DNA from: Promethearchaeota archaeon
GTDB lineage: Archaea > Asgardarchaeota > Odinarchaeia > Odinarchaeales > JBHLKK01
Assembly (NCBI GenBank): GCA_048939465.1
Contig: JBHLPL010000002.1
Location: 5,608 to 37,607 of the forward strand
Direction of reading: 5' to 3'
DNA: 32,000 bases
Shown: piece by piece, positions 18,329 through 26,441 of the stretch
Layout: every line of letters starts with the position of its first letter
How positions within the stretch are numbered: the first letter of the stretch is position 1
Notes under the pieces: generated by a model
Seen by the model: the letters and a program-made list of their open reading frames with translations, nothing else
The model's database searches: none
What the model was told of the DNA's origin: nothing
Program-made: the position numbers and the translations under genes

Positions 18329-18712
18329 TTGTCCATGAAAATTGACGTTATTTCGGAGAAGAAAAATCCCTTGCTAGGAAGAAACGAGATATATTTCGAA
18401 ATCTCTCATCCGAATAAAGGAAGTCCAATGAGGAAAAACATAAGGGAAAATTTGGCCTCGAGATACAAGGTGGATCTAGATTTGGTCTTCATACGTAGAC
18501 TTATGCCGGTTGCGGGAAAGCAGAAAATTAAGGGAACTGCAAGAATCTACGAAGATAAGGATCGAGCCGGACTTGTTGAAGCTAAGCACATAGTAAGCAG
18601 AAATCAGACAGAAGTAGAAGAAAAAGAGGAAGTAGAGAAGGAGAAGCCGAAGGAGAAGCCGAAGGAGAAGCCGAAGGAGAAGCCGAAGGAGAAGCCGAAG
18701 GAGAAGGGTTAG
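18329..18712 (+). CDS. rps24e: 30S ribosomal protein S24e with a (KEKP)n C-terminal tail
   Basis: KNPLLGRNE, GTARIYED, HIVSRN; conserved gene order. Confidence 0.94.
   Translation: MSMKIDVISEKKNPLLGRNEIYFEISHPNKGSPMRKNIRENLASRYKVDLDLVFIRRLMPVAGKQKIKGTARIYEDKDRAGLVEAKHIVSRNQTEVEEKEEVEKEKPKEKPKEKPKEKPKEKPKEKG
18637..18706 (+). repeat. Perfect 12-nt tandem repeat (GAAGGAGAAGCC) x5 plus a 10-nt partial copy
   Basis: Read directly; encodes KEKP repeats. Confidence 0.97.
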
Positions 18713-18745
18713 AAGAAACTTGGGGAGTAATAGGTGGTAGTTTCT

Positions 18746-19044
18746 GTAAACTACTCCTCCCTCGCAGAAGGGGCTCATGACTGTGCTTGACCGCAATTCC
18801 CTCCCGAGCTCCGGTTTCATCACAAGTCAAATCAAGGGGCGATTTGCAGCGCCCCAGCCCGGTGATCCGTGCATAGCGCCGAGCTTAAGAGTTTTCCTCG
18901 CCTATCCTCGCACGGGTCATTGACCGTTTCCGCCTCCAAGAGAGGTGTCCCTTCAGACCTATTAGTATATATAGCACAAACTCAGTTAAAGATCCCTCAA
19001 TTCCTCTCCGCCCTTTCGGACGGAGTCCCCCAGAGGTGGTTCCT
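18746..19044 (-). mobile_element. About 300-bp IS200/IS605-like mini-element (copy B)
   Basis: Left-end hairpin ACTCCGTCC-GAAA-GGGCGGAG; TATATATA spacer; right end GAGCCCCTTCTGCGAGGGAGGAGTAGTTTAC; collinear with 22841-23145 (+). Confidence 0.8.
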
Positions 19045-19242
19045 ACGAGCGTCAAAGAATATTATACGGTATCAAAGGACGGAAAAATTGCTAGATTGAA
19101 GAAGAATTGTCCCAGATGCGGACTTGGCACATTCATGGCAGAGCATTCTGATCGATGGAGTTGCGGCAAGTGTGGTTGGACTGAATTCAAGAAAGGGGAG
19201 ATTGAAGACCACGAAAAAGAGGAAAAACTAAATCAGTCTTAA
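19036..19242 (+). CDS. rps27ae: 30S ribosomal protein S27ae; start GTG 19036 or ACG 19045
   Basis: [30 protein letters not shown]. Confidence 0.95.
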   Translation: MVPTSVKEYYTVSKDGKIARLKKNCPRCGLGTFMAEHSDRWSCGKCGWTEFKKGEIEDHEKEEKLNQS

Positions 19243-19336
19243 TCCATAATAGATAGGATAGAATACATAATAGATAAGACGGATAGGGTATATTTCTTTG
19301 AAAGGCTCTGACTTCTTCCGGCACAATTCTCGGGCG

Positions 19337-19936
19337 TCAAGCAGCAGCTTTGGTTACCGGCTCGGAAACTAATTTACTCTTACGCACTTCGCATTTCCTT
19401 AACGGCATAATCTTTTTGCTTTCATTATAGATTTCAGATCCAATCTTTCCGAGCACACATTCATGTACAAATTGCTGGAAAGTCAGTTCCTTTGCCTTTC
19501 TATAAACAGTTTCTTTCATTATTTTGCGGATTCTACGCTCTTGACTGGTCTTGGCTCTATTATGCGTAAATGCTATTGTAGAGATAATTAAGCGATACCT
19601 GTCTTTGGTCATAATACTGAATCGACCGTCAATCCTGGTACTTCCTCGGCGAACTAAACTCCTGAGGTAATCCCGGGCAAAATTGTGACCTTTGAATATG
19701 GTATAAGCTGATTTATCTTTTACTTCTTTAATCTGGAAGAGAAGTTGTATGTGTCCAAGAGTCATATCGCCTGTAATATCATACAGCGTAGCCTCTACAA
19801 CTCTACCTATCAGCCTGTCAGGATCGTTTGTGACGGTTTCACCTATTTCGATGTCTCCGAGATATTTAGGCGAGTATATAGTGAACCAAGATTTAGTTCT
19901 CCATGTATCCTTGACTTTGCTTCGAGACATGGTCAT
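19337..19936 (-). CDS. rps3ae: 30S ribosomal protein S3ae (eS1)
   Basis: KVKDTWRTKSWF, FKGHNFARDYLRSLVRR, KIMPLRKCEVRK. Confidence 0.97.
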   Translation of the reverse strand: MTMSRSKVKDTWRTKSWFTIYSPKYLGDIEIGETVTNDPDRLIGRVVEATLYDITGDMTLGHIQLLFQIKEVKDKSAYTIFKGHNFARDYLRSLVRRGSTRIDGRFSIMTKDRYRLIISTIAFTHNRAKTSQERRIRKIMKETVYRKAKELTFQQFVHECVLGKIGSEIYNESKKIMPLRKCEVRKSKLVSEPVTKAAA

Positions 19937-20002
19937 TCATCTCCTTAGGAATCATGGTAGACGAAAAATCAAATAAAAACCTTTCTTAAAAGTTGACTGC
20001 TT

Positions 20003-20221
20003 TTACTTAATATCTTCCACCGATTTGATGGTGGCCAATAGACTGTCAAGTGAAGTCATGACCTTATCGATGTTTTCTTCATAATGGGCGGATATCTCAA
20101 GTTTTCTTCCAACGCACACAACTTCTACCCTGCGATCGTTTCGATAATGATGTTGCAGGCTTTTTGTGACAGCTCTAGTCCTTTTTTCGGTTGCGCAGTC
20201 CAGCGTTAGCTTTATTTTGAT
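20003..20221 (-). CDS. pcc1: KEOPS subunit Pcc1 (absent from the ORF track; no ATG/GTG/TTG start)
   Basis: Open frame IKIKLTLDCATEKRTRAVTKSLQHHYRNDRRVEVVCVGRKLEISAHYEENIDKVMTSLDSLLATIKSVEDIK*; size, pattern and position (rps15-recJ-pcc1-rps3ae) fit Pcc1. Confidence 0.75.
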   Translation of the reverse strand: MKIKLTLDCATEKRTRAVTKSLQHHYRNDRRVEVVCVGRKLEISAHYEENIDKVMTSLDSLLATIKSVEDIK

Positions 20222-21684
20222 TCCTTGCGTTTTTCGTCCCCCATTTGCTCCCTAATAATCTTTTCCAGATGAAAAACTAATTTCTCTTCACTTCCTGCGG
20301 GGATTAAAGCACCCGCAGCAGCATCGTGTCCTCCTGCTGTGGCTTCTTTTAGTTTAATCTCCTCTATAACTTGGCTTAGAGCCAATCCAAGATTAACACC
20401 GCTCTCAACTAGCTCTTCCCCTGCACGCAACGATACTTTTACACCTTCCGGGTCTGAATAGGCGAAGGAAACAATGACTTTGTCAGACTTCAATATTCGT
20501 GCGTGCAAGGCAACAGATGCAACAGTGCCAATTATTCGTTCATCAACAACATTTTCGCCATGAAAGACCTGAAGAAACTCAGTTTCCTTAACGCGACCTG
20601 GCTGTGTAAGCCATTCGATATATTTTGATATTTTCTGGCGATACTCTACAAGTAATTGCTGTGCTTCCATCAGGGCATTTACTCTGTCGCCAAGACATAT
20701 TGCCACACCCACCCCAGGATGTCTGATTCTACCACAGGCGTTCAGAAGAGAGGCAAATTCTCTGGCATCCCTCAAAGGCGTTCCTTTTTCCTCTCTGAGT
20801 AGAGTGTACACATTCCCAACAATACTCTCAGCCTTATCAGAATCTATACCTTGTTGCAACATGTACTGAATAAGGGCGCTATTCAGTTGGATTTTCTCAT
20901 CTTGTGAGAGATCAGAGAGAGTTCTCCAATGATCGTCTTCTTTCAGTTTTATTCCAGCCTTGGACAAGAACATGAAGCATCTTTCCCCGCTACCTGTCAA
21001 ACCGGGTATGAATGGATCTGTCGTGTATTGCAGTGCAACGTGAATTGGCCTGGTTTCACGTCCAAAGATGGATAAATCCTTCTCTACTCTAAGAACCCCC
21101 GATTCCACACCATCCTTGACGATGATGTCCCCATTTATGCCAAAAAAATCTCGGTGTTCTGCTTTATCCTGTATATCACCTACAGCTCCGACGACAGCGA
21201 GATGAGCAAGATCCCTATTCTCCTTGTTAATGCTTCTGGCCACGAGGTAGGAAACCCCAGCCCCGCTTACTTCCTGACCTCCGTTTATCCCGTATAAATG
21301 GGGGTTTACATGAACCAATCCCGGAAAATCACCTGCGTTCCCCATCTCATGATGATCTAGTATTATTACTGAACTTTCAGAAAGATAGTCTTTAATAGAA
21401 TTTAGCTGAGCAGAACCAAGATCGGAAAAAACATAGAAGGATCGGTTTTCGTCTGCTAGTTCCTTGATGATTTGTGGATTGATTTGCTTCACCACTCGAA
21501 TGTGAAAGGCCATACCAAGCCGTAATAATGTCAATCCAATTACTCCTGCCGCTGCTATTCCGTCTGCGTCATAGTGGGAAGTGATCCGAACTATCCCTTT
21601 TTCATCCGCCCATTCTTGGAGCTTCTCCCCAGCTCTCTTGGCAAGTTTTAGAAAGCTATCAAGATCTCTACTCACCAATCTCAA
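20212..21684 (-). CDS. recJ: DHH-family RecJ-like exonuclease (GAN / Cdc45-related)
   Basis: SHYDADG, SDLGS, LDHH, GAVGD, AREFASLLNACGR, GGHDAAAG; follows rps15. Confidence 0.9.
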   Translation of the reverse strand: MRLVSRDLDSFLKLAKRAGEKLQEWADEKGIVRITSHYDADGIAAAGVIGLTLLRLGMAFHIRVVKQINPQIIKELADENRSFYVFSDLGSAQLNSIKDYLSESSVIILDHHEMGNAGDFPGLVHVNPHLYGINGGQEVSGAGVSYLVARSINKENRDLAHLAVVGAVGDIQDKAEHRDFFGINGDIIVKDGVESGVLRVEKDLSIFGRETRPIHVALQYTTDPFIPGLTGSGERCFMFLSKAGIKLKEDDHWRTLSDLSQDEKIQLNSALIQYMLQQGIDSDKAESIVGNVYTLLREEKGTPLRDAREFASLLNACGRIRHPGVGVAICLGDRVNALMEAQQLLVEYRQKISKYIEWLTQPGRVKETEFLQVFHGENVVDERIIGTVASVALHARILKSDKVIVSFAYSDPEGVKVSLRAGEELVESGVNLGLALSQVIEEIKLKEATAGGHDAAAGALIPAGSEEKLVFHLEKIIREQMGDEKRKESK

Positions 21685-21717
21685 TCATCCGAAAATTCCT
21701 TTAAGATTCCTTAGAGC

Positions 21718-22173
21718 CTATCGTACCATCAGTACAGCCTTATCACGACTATATTTCCAATCAGAAGGAAGGATGCCCTTTTTCTTATAATACTTGGAGA
21801 GACGATGGATCTTGCTCTCTATTAGTTGTAGCCCCCGCTTTGAGTGAAGATCTTTCGGATGTTCCTCCAGATGCCTTCTCAAGTTCACAGAACTCTGCAA
21901 CAAGTCAATAAGATCTTCAGGTAATGAAGGAAGTAATTCACGTTCTTTTAGAATCTGAGTCACTGACTTACCAGCAGCCAACTTAACTAAGGGAACCCCG
22001 TATTGATCCCTCATAATATTACCTATCATTGAGGGGGGCTCCCCCGCTTTGGCCAATTTGACTACCAGAGCCTCTACTTCATCAGCGTTTCTCATAAACC
22101 ATTCAGGAGACTTTGTTCGAGGAGGTCTGGTGGATTTTGATTTCCCTTTCCTACGGGTGTGCATCCTTGCCAT
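21718..22173 (-). CDS. rps15: 30S ribosomal protein S15 (uS15)
   Basis: [40 protein letters not shown]. Confidence 0.97.
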   Translation of the reverse strand: MARMHTRRKGKSKSTRPPRTKSPEWFMRNADEVEALVVKLAKAGEPPSMIGNIMRDQYGVPLVKLAAGKSVTQILKERELLPSLPEDLIDLLQSSVNLRRHLEEHPKDLHSKRGLQLIESKIHRLSKYYKKKGILPSDWKYSRDKAVLMVR

Positions 22174-22208
22174 ATTACTCCACCGCCAAAATCAAGATAC
22201 TTGAGGGC

Positions 22209-22222
22209 TTTTAAATTTTCTG
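22209..22222 (-). promoter_or_regulatory. Putative BRE/TATA promoter of rps15
   Basis: CAGAAAA-TTTAAAA on the minus strand about 36 nt upstream of ATG. Confidence 0.45.
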
Positions 22223-22276
22223 ATTTATGATCTACAGCCAGTTCAGTATGTTAAAACCATTAAGAAGGCTTAAACC

Positions 22277-22840
22277 TCATCGAGCCGAGAAGTTCTTCTT
22301 TAACCAATCTGCAAACTTGTACAAAACCTTCTTTCTGTGAGAAAGTTTGTTTTTTTCATCAAAACCCATTTCAGCATAGGTTCTACCGTCACCCTCCAGC
22401 GGGACAAAAATAGGATCGTATCCCCAGAGTTTACCCCGTTCTTCTTCGGAAATTGTACCTTCTACATTGGCAGAAATGCATGTAGATACTCGATCATGAG
22501 AGAAGGCGATAACTGACTTAAAGACTGCCTTCCTTGTTGCGACTCCCTCCATCAACCTTAGAATCCCCTTATTCCCTATAGTTTTGAAGACGTACGAAGA
22601 GTACGGGCCAGGAAAGCCGTTAAGTGCTTCGATAAACAGCCCGGTATCTTCCACAAAAACTGGTTTTTTGATCTTTTTAGAAACTAGAGACACACTGTAT
22701 GAGGCTATTTTCTCTAGACTTTCATGTTGAGGTTCAATCCTCTCGATATCCAGATGTTCAATCTCAAAGCCTATCTTTCCCAATATTTCAGATGCCTCTC
22801 TTATCTTATTCTTATTACTTGTAGCAAAAAGCAGCTTCAT
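22277..22840 (-). CDS. rdgB: dITP/XTP pyrophosphatase (Ham1/RdgB)
   Basis: FATSNKNK, EDTGLFIEALNGFPGPYS, WGYDPIF, KNKLSHR. Confidence 0.95.
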   Translation of the reverse strand: MKLLFATSNKNKIREASEILGKIGFEIEHLDIERIEPQHESLEKIASYSVSLVSKKIKKPVFVEDTGLFIEALNGFPGPYSSYVFKTIGNKGILRLMEGVATRKAVFKSVIAFSHDRVSTCISANVEGTISEEERGKLWGYDPIFVPLEGDGRTYAEMGFDEKNKLSHRKKVLYKFADWLKKNFSAR

Positions 22841-23145
22841 TTGATCGCCTCGAGGAAACTCCGACCAAAAGGACGGAGAGGGATTAAGGAGTCGATGAAT
22901 GCTATTGGGACATACGCACCAATAGATTTGAAGTCACACCTCTCTTCGATGTGGAAACAGCTAATGACGGATGAGGGTGGGCGCCATGGACTGATAGCCA
23001 CTGTATCGCCTGACGCTATATGCAGATTACTGGGTTCAGACGCTTTGGACTTGCTGCCAATCTGGCCTGTGATGCGACCAAAGCCCATTTGGGAATTAAG
23101 GTCCAGCATAGTCATAAACTCCTTCACTAAGATGGAGTATTTCAT
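22841..23145 (+). mobile_element. 305-bp IS200/IS605-like mini-element (copy A) inserted at the bud32/rdgB overlap
   Basis: Follows TTCAT (22836-22840) and ends in TTCAT (23141-23145); left-end hairpin ACTCCGACC-AAAA-GGACGGAG; collinear with copy B. Confidence 0.82.
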
Positions 23146-23771
23146 CTATCTTCGATATATCGTCCACGTCTCTCGACCTCCCCTATGCGAAGTATAGCAT
23201 CCTCCGCATCCTTGCCCAAGACCTCACGATAACCAGCCAAAACTGCTTCGAAAAACTCTTCAGCGTGTTGATAGTGAGTACTTTGTAAGGCACGCTGCAT
23301 AAGGTGGAGATCCACTCCTTTATGTTCAATTTCTGATGAGTGCTCACCCAATCCAAAATCTATGAAGTATATTTGCTTTTCAGAGGTCAAGATCATATTT
23401 GAGGTAGTTAAATCACCATGTATAAGTCCGTTCTTATGGAGACGTCCGATTGAGCGTCCTACACAGGTACAGACTCTTTTCTGTTCTTGTCTTGTAATTT
23501 CATTAATAACATTCTTAAGCTTCTGCCCATCAATGTATTCGTAAATGATGGTGGTTTTAGGAACATCTACTTGGCATATTGCCGGAGTGGAAACCCCAGC
23601 TTTTCTAGCACTGCTGAACATCTTGGCTTCATGAATCGTCCTGTATTGCCTGATCCTTAGATCCAGTTCAGGAATTCGATATCTCTTTGCTACCCTGCAC
23701 TTCCGTACGACAACTCTGTCGTACCACTTCTCCTTAAACAAATAAGCTTCAGCACCTTTGGCCATGAGCAA
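23142..23771 (-). CDS. bud32: KEOPS kinase Bud32 (piD261/PRPK)
   Basis: KGAEA, RTIHEAKM, IHGDLTTSNM, IDFGLG, VDLHLM, RGRY. Confidence 0.95.
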   Translation of the reverse strand: MLMAKGAEAYLFKEKWYDRVVVRKCRVAKRYRIPELDLRIRQYRTIHEAKMFSSARKAGVSTPAICQVDVPKTTIIYEYIDGQKLKNVINEITRQEQKRVCTCVGRSIGRLHKNGLIHGDLTTSNMILTSEKQIYFIDFGLGEHSSEIEHKGVDLHLMQRALQSTHYQHAEEFFEAVLAGYREVLGKDAEDAILRIGEVERRGRYIEDR

Positions 23772-23783
23772 CTTGATCCTCCC

Positions 23784-24789
23784 CTAATCTCTCCAGACAA
23801 TATCAACTTCATCGAGTCGCCATTTTGGCTTTACGCTACTATTTTTTAATTTCAAAACCTGTCCATGTTTGTACTGTAACATCCCTGTCCATGCTATCAT
23901 CGCTCCATTGTCCCCAGAGAATCTGTTCGAGACCACACGAAACTTTGCATTATGCTCCTTAGCAATGGATTTAAGCATCTCCTGCAGTCTTTTGTTTGCA
24001 GCTACACCTCCCGTTAATAGAACAGCAGGCTTTTCAGTGTGTGCGAGGGCACGCTCCGTAACTTCGGTCAACATTGAAAATGCAACTTCCTGTAAGCTGA
24101 AACAAAGATCTTCGATTCTGTTCTCATGAAGTTTGTTTGTTGCAGCAGTTAGGAGACCGGAATAGGATAAGTCCATACCTTTGACAGTGTAGGGTAAATC
24201 AATGAACCGCTTGCCTTTCTTTGCTAACCTTTCTATCTTGGGGCCACCTGGATGTTTGAGTCCTGCTGAACGCGCAAAAGCATCGAGCAAATTACCTATG
24301 GGAATATCTAGGGTTTCCCCAAACACACGATACCTACCTCCGTCATAGGCCGCGACTATGGTATTGCCACCTGAAACATACAAAGTAACCGGATCTTCCG
24401 TATTGGAAGCAAGGCGCCCTATCTCTATATGAGCGACACAGTGATTCACACCGACGAGCGGGACTTCAGTAACTAACGCCAAAGCTCGAGCAGCAACAGC
24501 AGCAGTCCTAAGACAGGGACCTTTCAGCAAACTGTTGGCAGAGTTTTAAACCGGGTCCCTGAGAGAATGCCACGAATTCAATGTCGCTCAGGCTTATCTT
24601 TGCTTCTTCTACTGCTCTTACAATAGTTTTCTCTGCAACCCGTACATGGTGTTGGGCCGCTTCTCGAGGATGGATGCCACCCGTTTCTGGTTGATACACG
24701 CTTTCAACACTCGTAAGGATTCTTCCTTCAGGCGTTACTATGCCAACACTGAACGTGTGGGCAGTTCCCTCAATACCCAAACCCACCAC
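23784..24789 (-). CDS. kae1: tRNA t6A synthase Kae1; two exons 24789-24548 and 24522-23784, 326 aa after splicing
   Basis: LGIEGTAHTFSVG, GGIHPREAAQHH, AFSQGPGL|GPCLR, VNHCVAH, VSGGNT, GGVAAN, DNGAMIA; the ORF track splits it into two frames. Confidence 0.95.
24523..24547 (-). other. 25-nt BHB-type intron in kae1 mRNA
   Basis: 8-bp outer helix CAGGGACC/GGUCCCUG, central helix CGGU/GCUG, bulges UU^A and AA^A, inner stem AAACU/AGUUU; removal restores GPGLGPCLR. Confidence 0.92.
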
Positions 24790-24856
24790 TATTAACACCT
24801 CAAGAAAGGAAGATAAATACTATGATTTAAAAAACAACTGTTTTTGGCAGTGATTT

Positions 24857-25654
24857 TCATTTTCGCAACGCTGTCACTTTCTTCATGAAGTCCTTTACCC
24901 TAACTATATCTACAGGCTCCTTAACATTATTATTTACTTTGAAGTTTGTTCCAACAATTACGCCATCCGCTAATTCCATAAATGCTTCAACATTACTGGA
25001 ATCAACACCACTACCAACCAGGATAGGAGTTTCCGGCACCGCATCTTTTACAGACTCAATATCGTCTAAATTGGGAGGTTCTCCCGTTTCCTCTCCCGTG
25101 ACAATGACAGCATCTGCTAGCCCCCGATCTACTGTTTCTCGGGCTGCTCTCTCAATAGGAATCGCGGCAACAGGCAGCGCATGCTTTACATGTATGTCCG
25201 AAAAGATGAGGACCTCAGAATTGAGGAAGGACCGATACCTGAGTGTCTTGTAGGCCGATCCCTTAATAATTCCTTGATCGGTAATATATACACCGGTAAG
25301 GATGTTGGCTCTGATGAAACACCCACCGCAAATGGTGGCAATAGATAACGCAGCAATATTATCGTTTCTCAAAACATTAACTCCAAACGGCAGAGATGTC
25401 TGATCAGCTATCTTTGAAACGATGAAGGTCATGGCAGCTACAGTTTCTATGCCAACTTGACTCGGATAATATGGTAAATCCCCAAAATTCTCAATAAGCA
25501 GCGCATCGACTCCACCGGACTCTAGAGCCTTGGCGTCTTCTAATGCTTGTCGTAATATGGTATTTATGTTAACTGTTCGAGGTGAGCCGGGCAATGGCAG
25601 AAGATGAACCATCCCAATCACAGCTTTCTTCTTTCCAAAAACACTTCTCAACAT
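24857..25654 (-). CDS. btpA: BtpA/SgcQ family TIM-barrel protein
   Basis: IGMVHLLPLPGSP, IENFGDLPY, GVNVLRND, DIHVKHA, ADAVIVTG, LVGSGV. Confidence 0.9.
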   Translation of the reverse strand: MLRSVFGKKKAVIGMVHLLPLPGSPRTVNINTILRQALEDAKALESGGVDALLIENFGDLPYYPSQVGIETVAAMTFIVSKIADQTSLPFGVNVLRNDNIAALSIATICGGCFIRANILTGVYITDQGIIKGSAYKTLRYRSFLNSEVLIFSDIHVKHALPVAAIPIERAARETVDRGLADAVIVTGEETGEPPNLDDIESVKDAVPETPILVGSGVDSSNVEAFMELADGVIVGTNFKVNNNVKEPVDIVRVKDFMKKVTALRK

Positions 25655-25820
25655 CACCAACCCTCCCAAGAAGTCTTCTGTGTCTAATCTGTATTAATTC
25701 CCTTCCTAAAAGCATGAGATCTTAACGCTCTAGATAAGCAAAGAATACCTTAAAGGACGGCTCTTATGAGAGACAAAATTGCTTCTGATTGATCAAAAAG
25801 GAGTTTTATACGAGTTTAGA

Positions 25821-26366
25821 TTAGGGGGCAGCGACATTCCTATCACACGTTGTGAAGTAGTTCTTTCCAACATGTAAGCAAAGACGAACCTTTGACAGGT
25901 CATAGACTTCTTTGAAGTAGTCTTTTGTAACGTATGCTGCAACCACCTTGCCGATCATCAGGGTATGATCTCCTGCCTCGAGACTTTTGCTAAGCTTACA
26001 TTCTATGTGGGCAATACAGTCTTTGATTATTGGAGGAGATACTTTCTTAGCACTCTGAGTCTCAAGAGAGAATTCATCGAATTTGTTATGATCTCTGCCT
26101 GAAAGCGTACCGCAGCCGAGTACCTTTTTGGCAAGTTGGAACGTAGGAACGTTCACCACAAATTCTTTTGTTTCTGAGATCAATTTATGAGAGTATCTTC
26201 CAGGACGGATACTCATGGCCAATAGTGGTGGATCCACGCTAACAGGAATAATCCATGCTATAGCAAGAACGTTTGGCCTACCGTCTTTACCCCGGCAAGA
26301 AACCAAGGTCGCATTATAGGGATGCAGCAGACGAGAATACAGCTTAAGGTCCACATCGGTTTTCAT
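25821..26366 (-). CDS. Flavin reductase-like FMN-binding protein
   Basis: LLHP..LVSC, NVLAIAW, EFVVNVP, PPIIKDCIAHIEC, GDHTLMIGKV. Confidence 0.88.
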   Translation of the reverse strand: MKTDVDLKLYSRLLHPYNATLVSCRGKDGRPNVLAIAWIIPVSVDPPLLAMSIRPGRYSHKLISETKEFVVNVPTFQLAKKVLGCGTLSGRDHNKFDEFSLETQSAKKVSPPIIKDCIAHIECKLSKSLEAGDHTLMIGKVVAAYVTKDYFKEVYDLSKVRLCLHVGKNYFTTCDRNVAAP

Positions 26367-26441
26367 TGTAAATCATCACCTCAAATATCTTTTCTTATAT
26401 GTAATTGGTTTTTTAAAAAATACTTTTCCTCGTATAAAATT

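Noticed and set aside
18637-18706. CRISPR array
   Set aside because: Contiguous 12-nt coding repeat with no spacers
18746-18960. RNase P RNA, suggested by GAGGAAAACTC on the minus strand
   Set aside because: No matching 3' conserved region; homologous copy A lacks the motif; ends are IS-like
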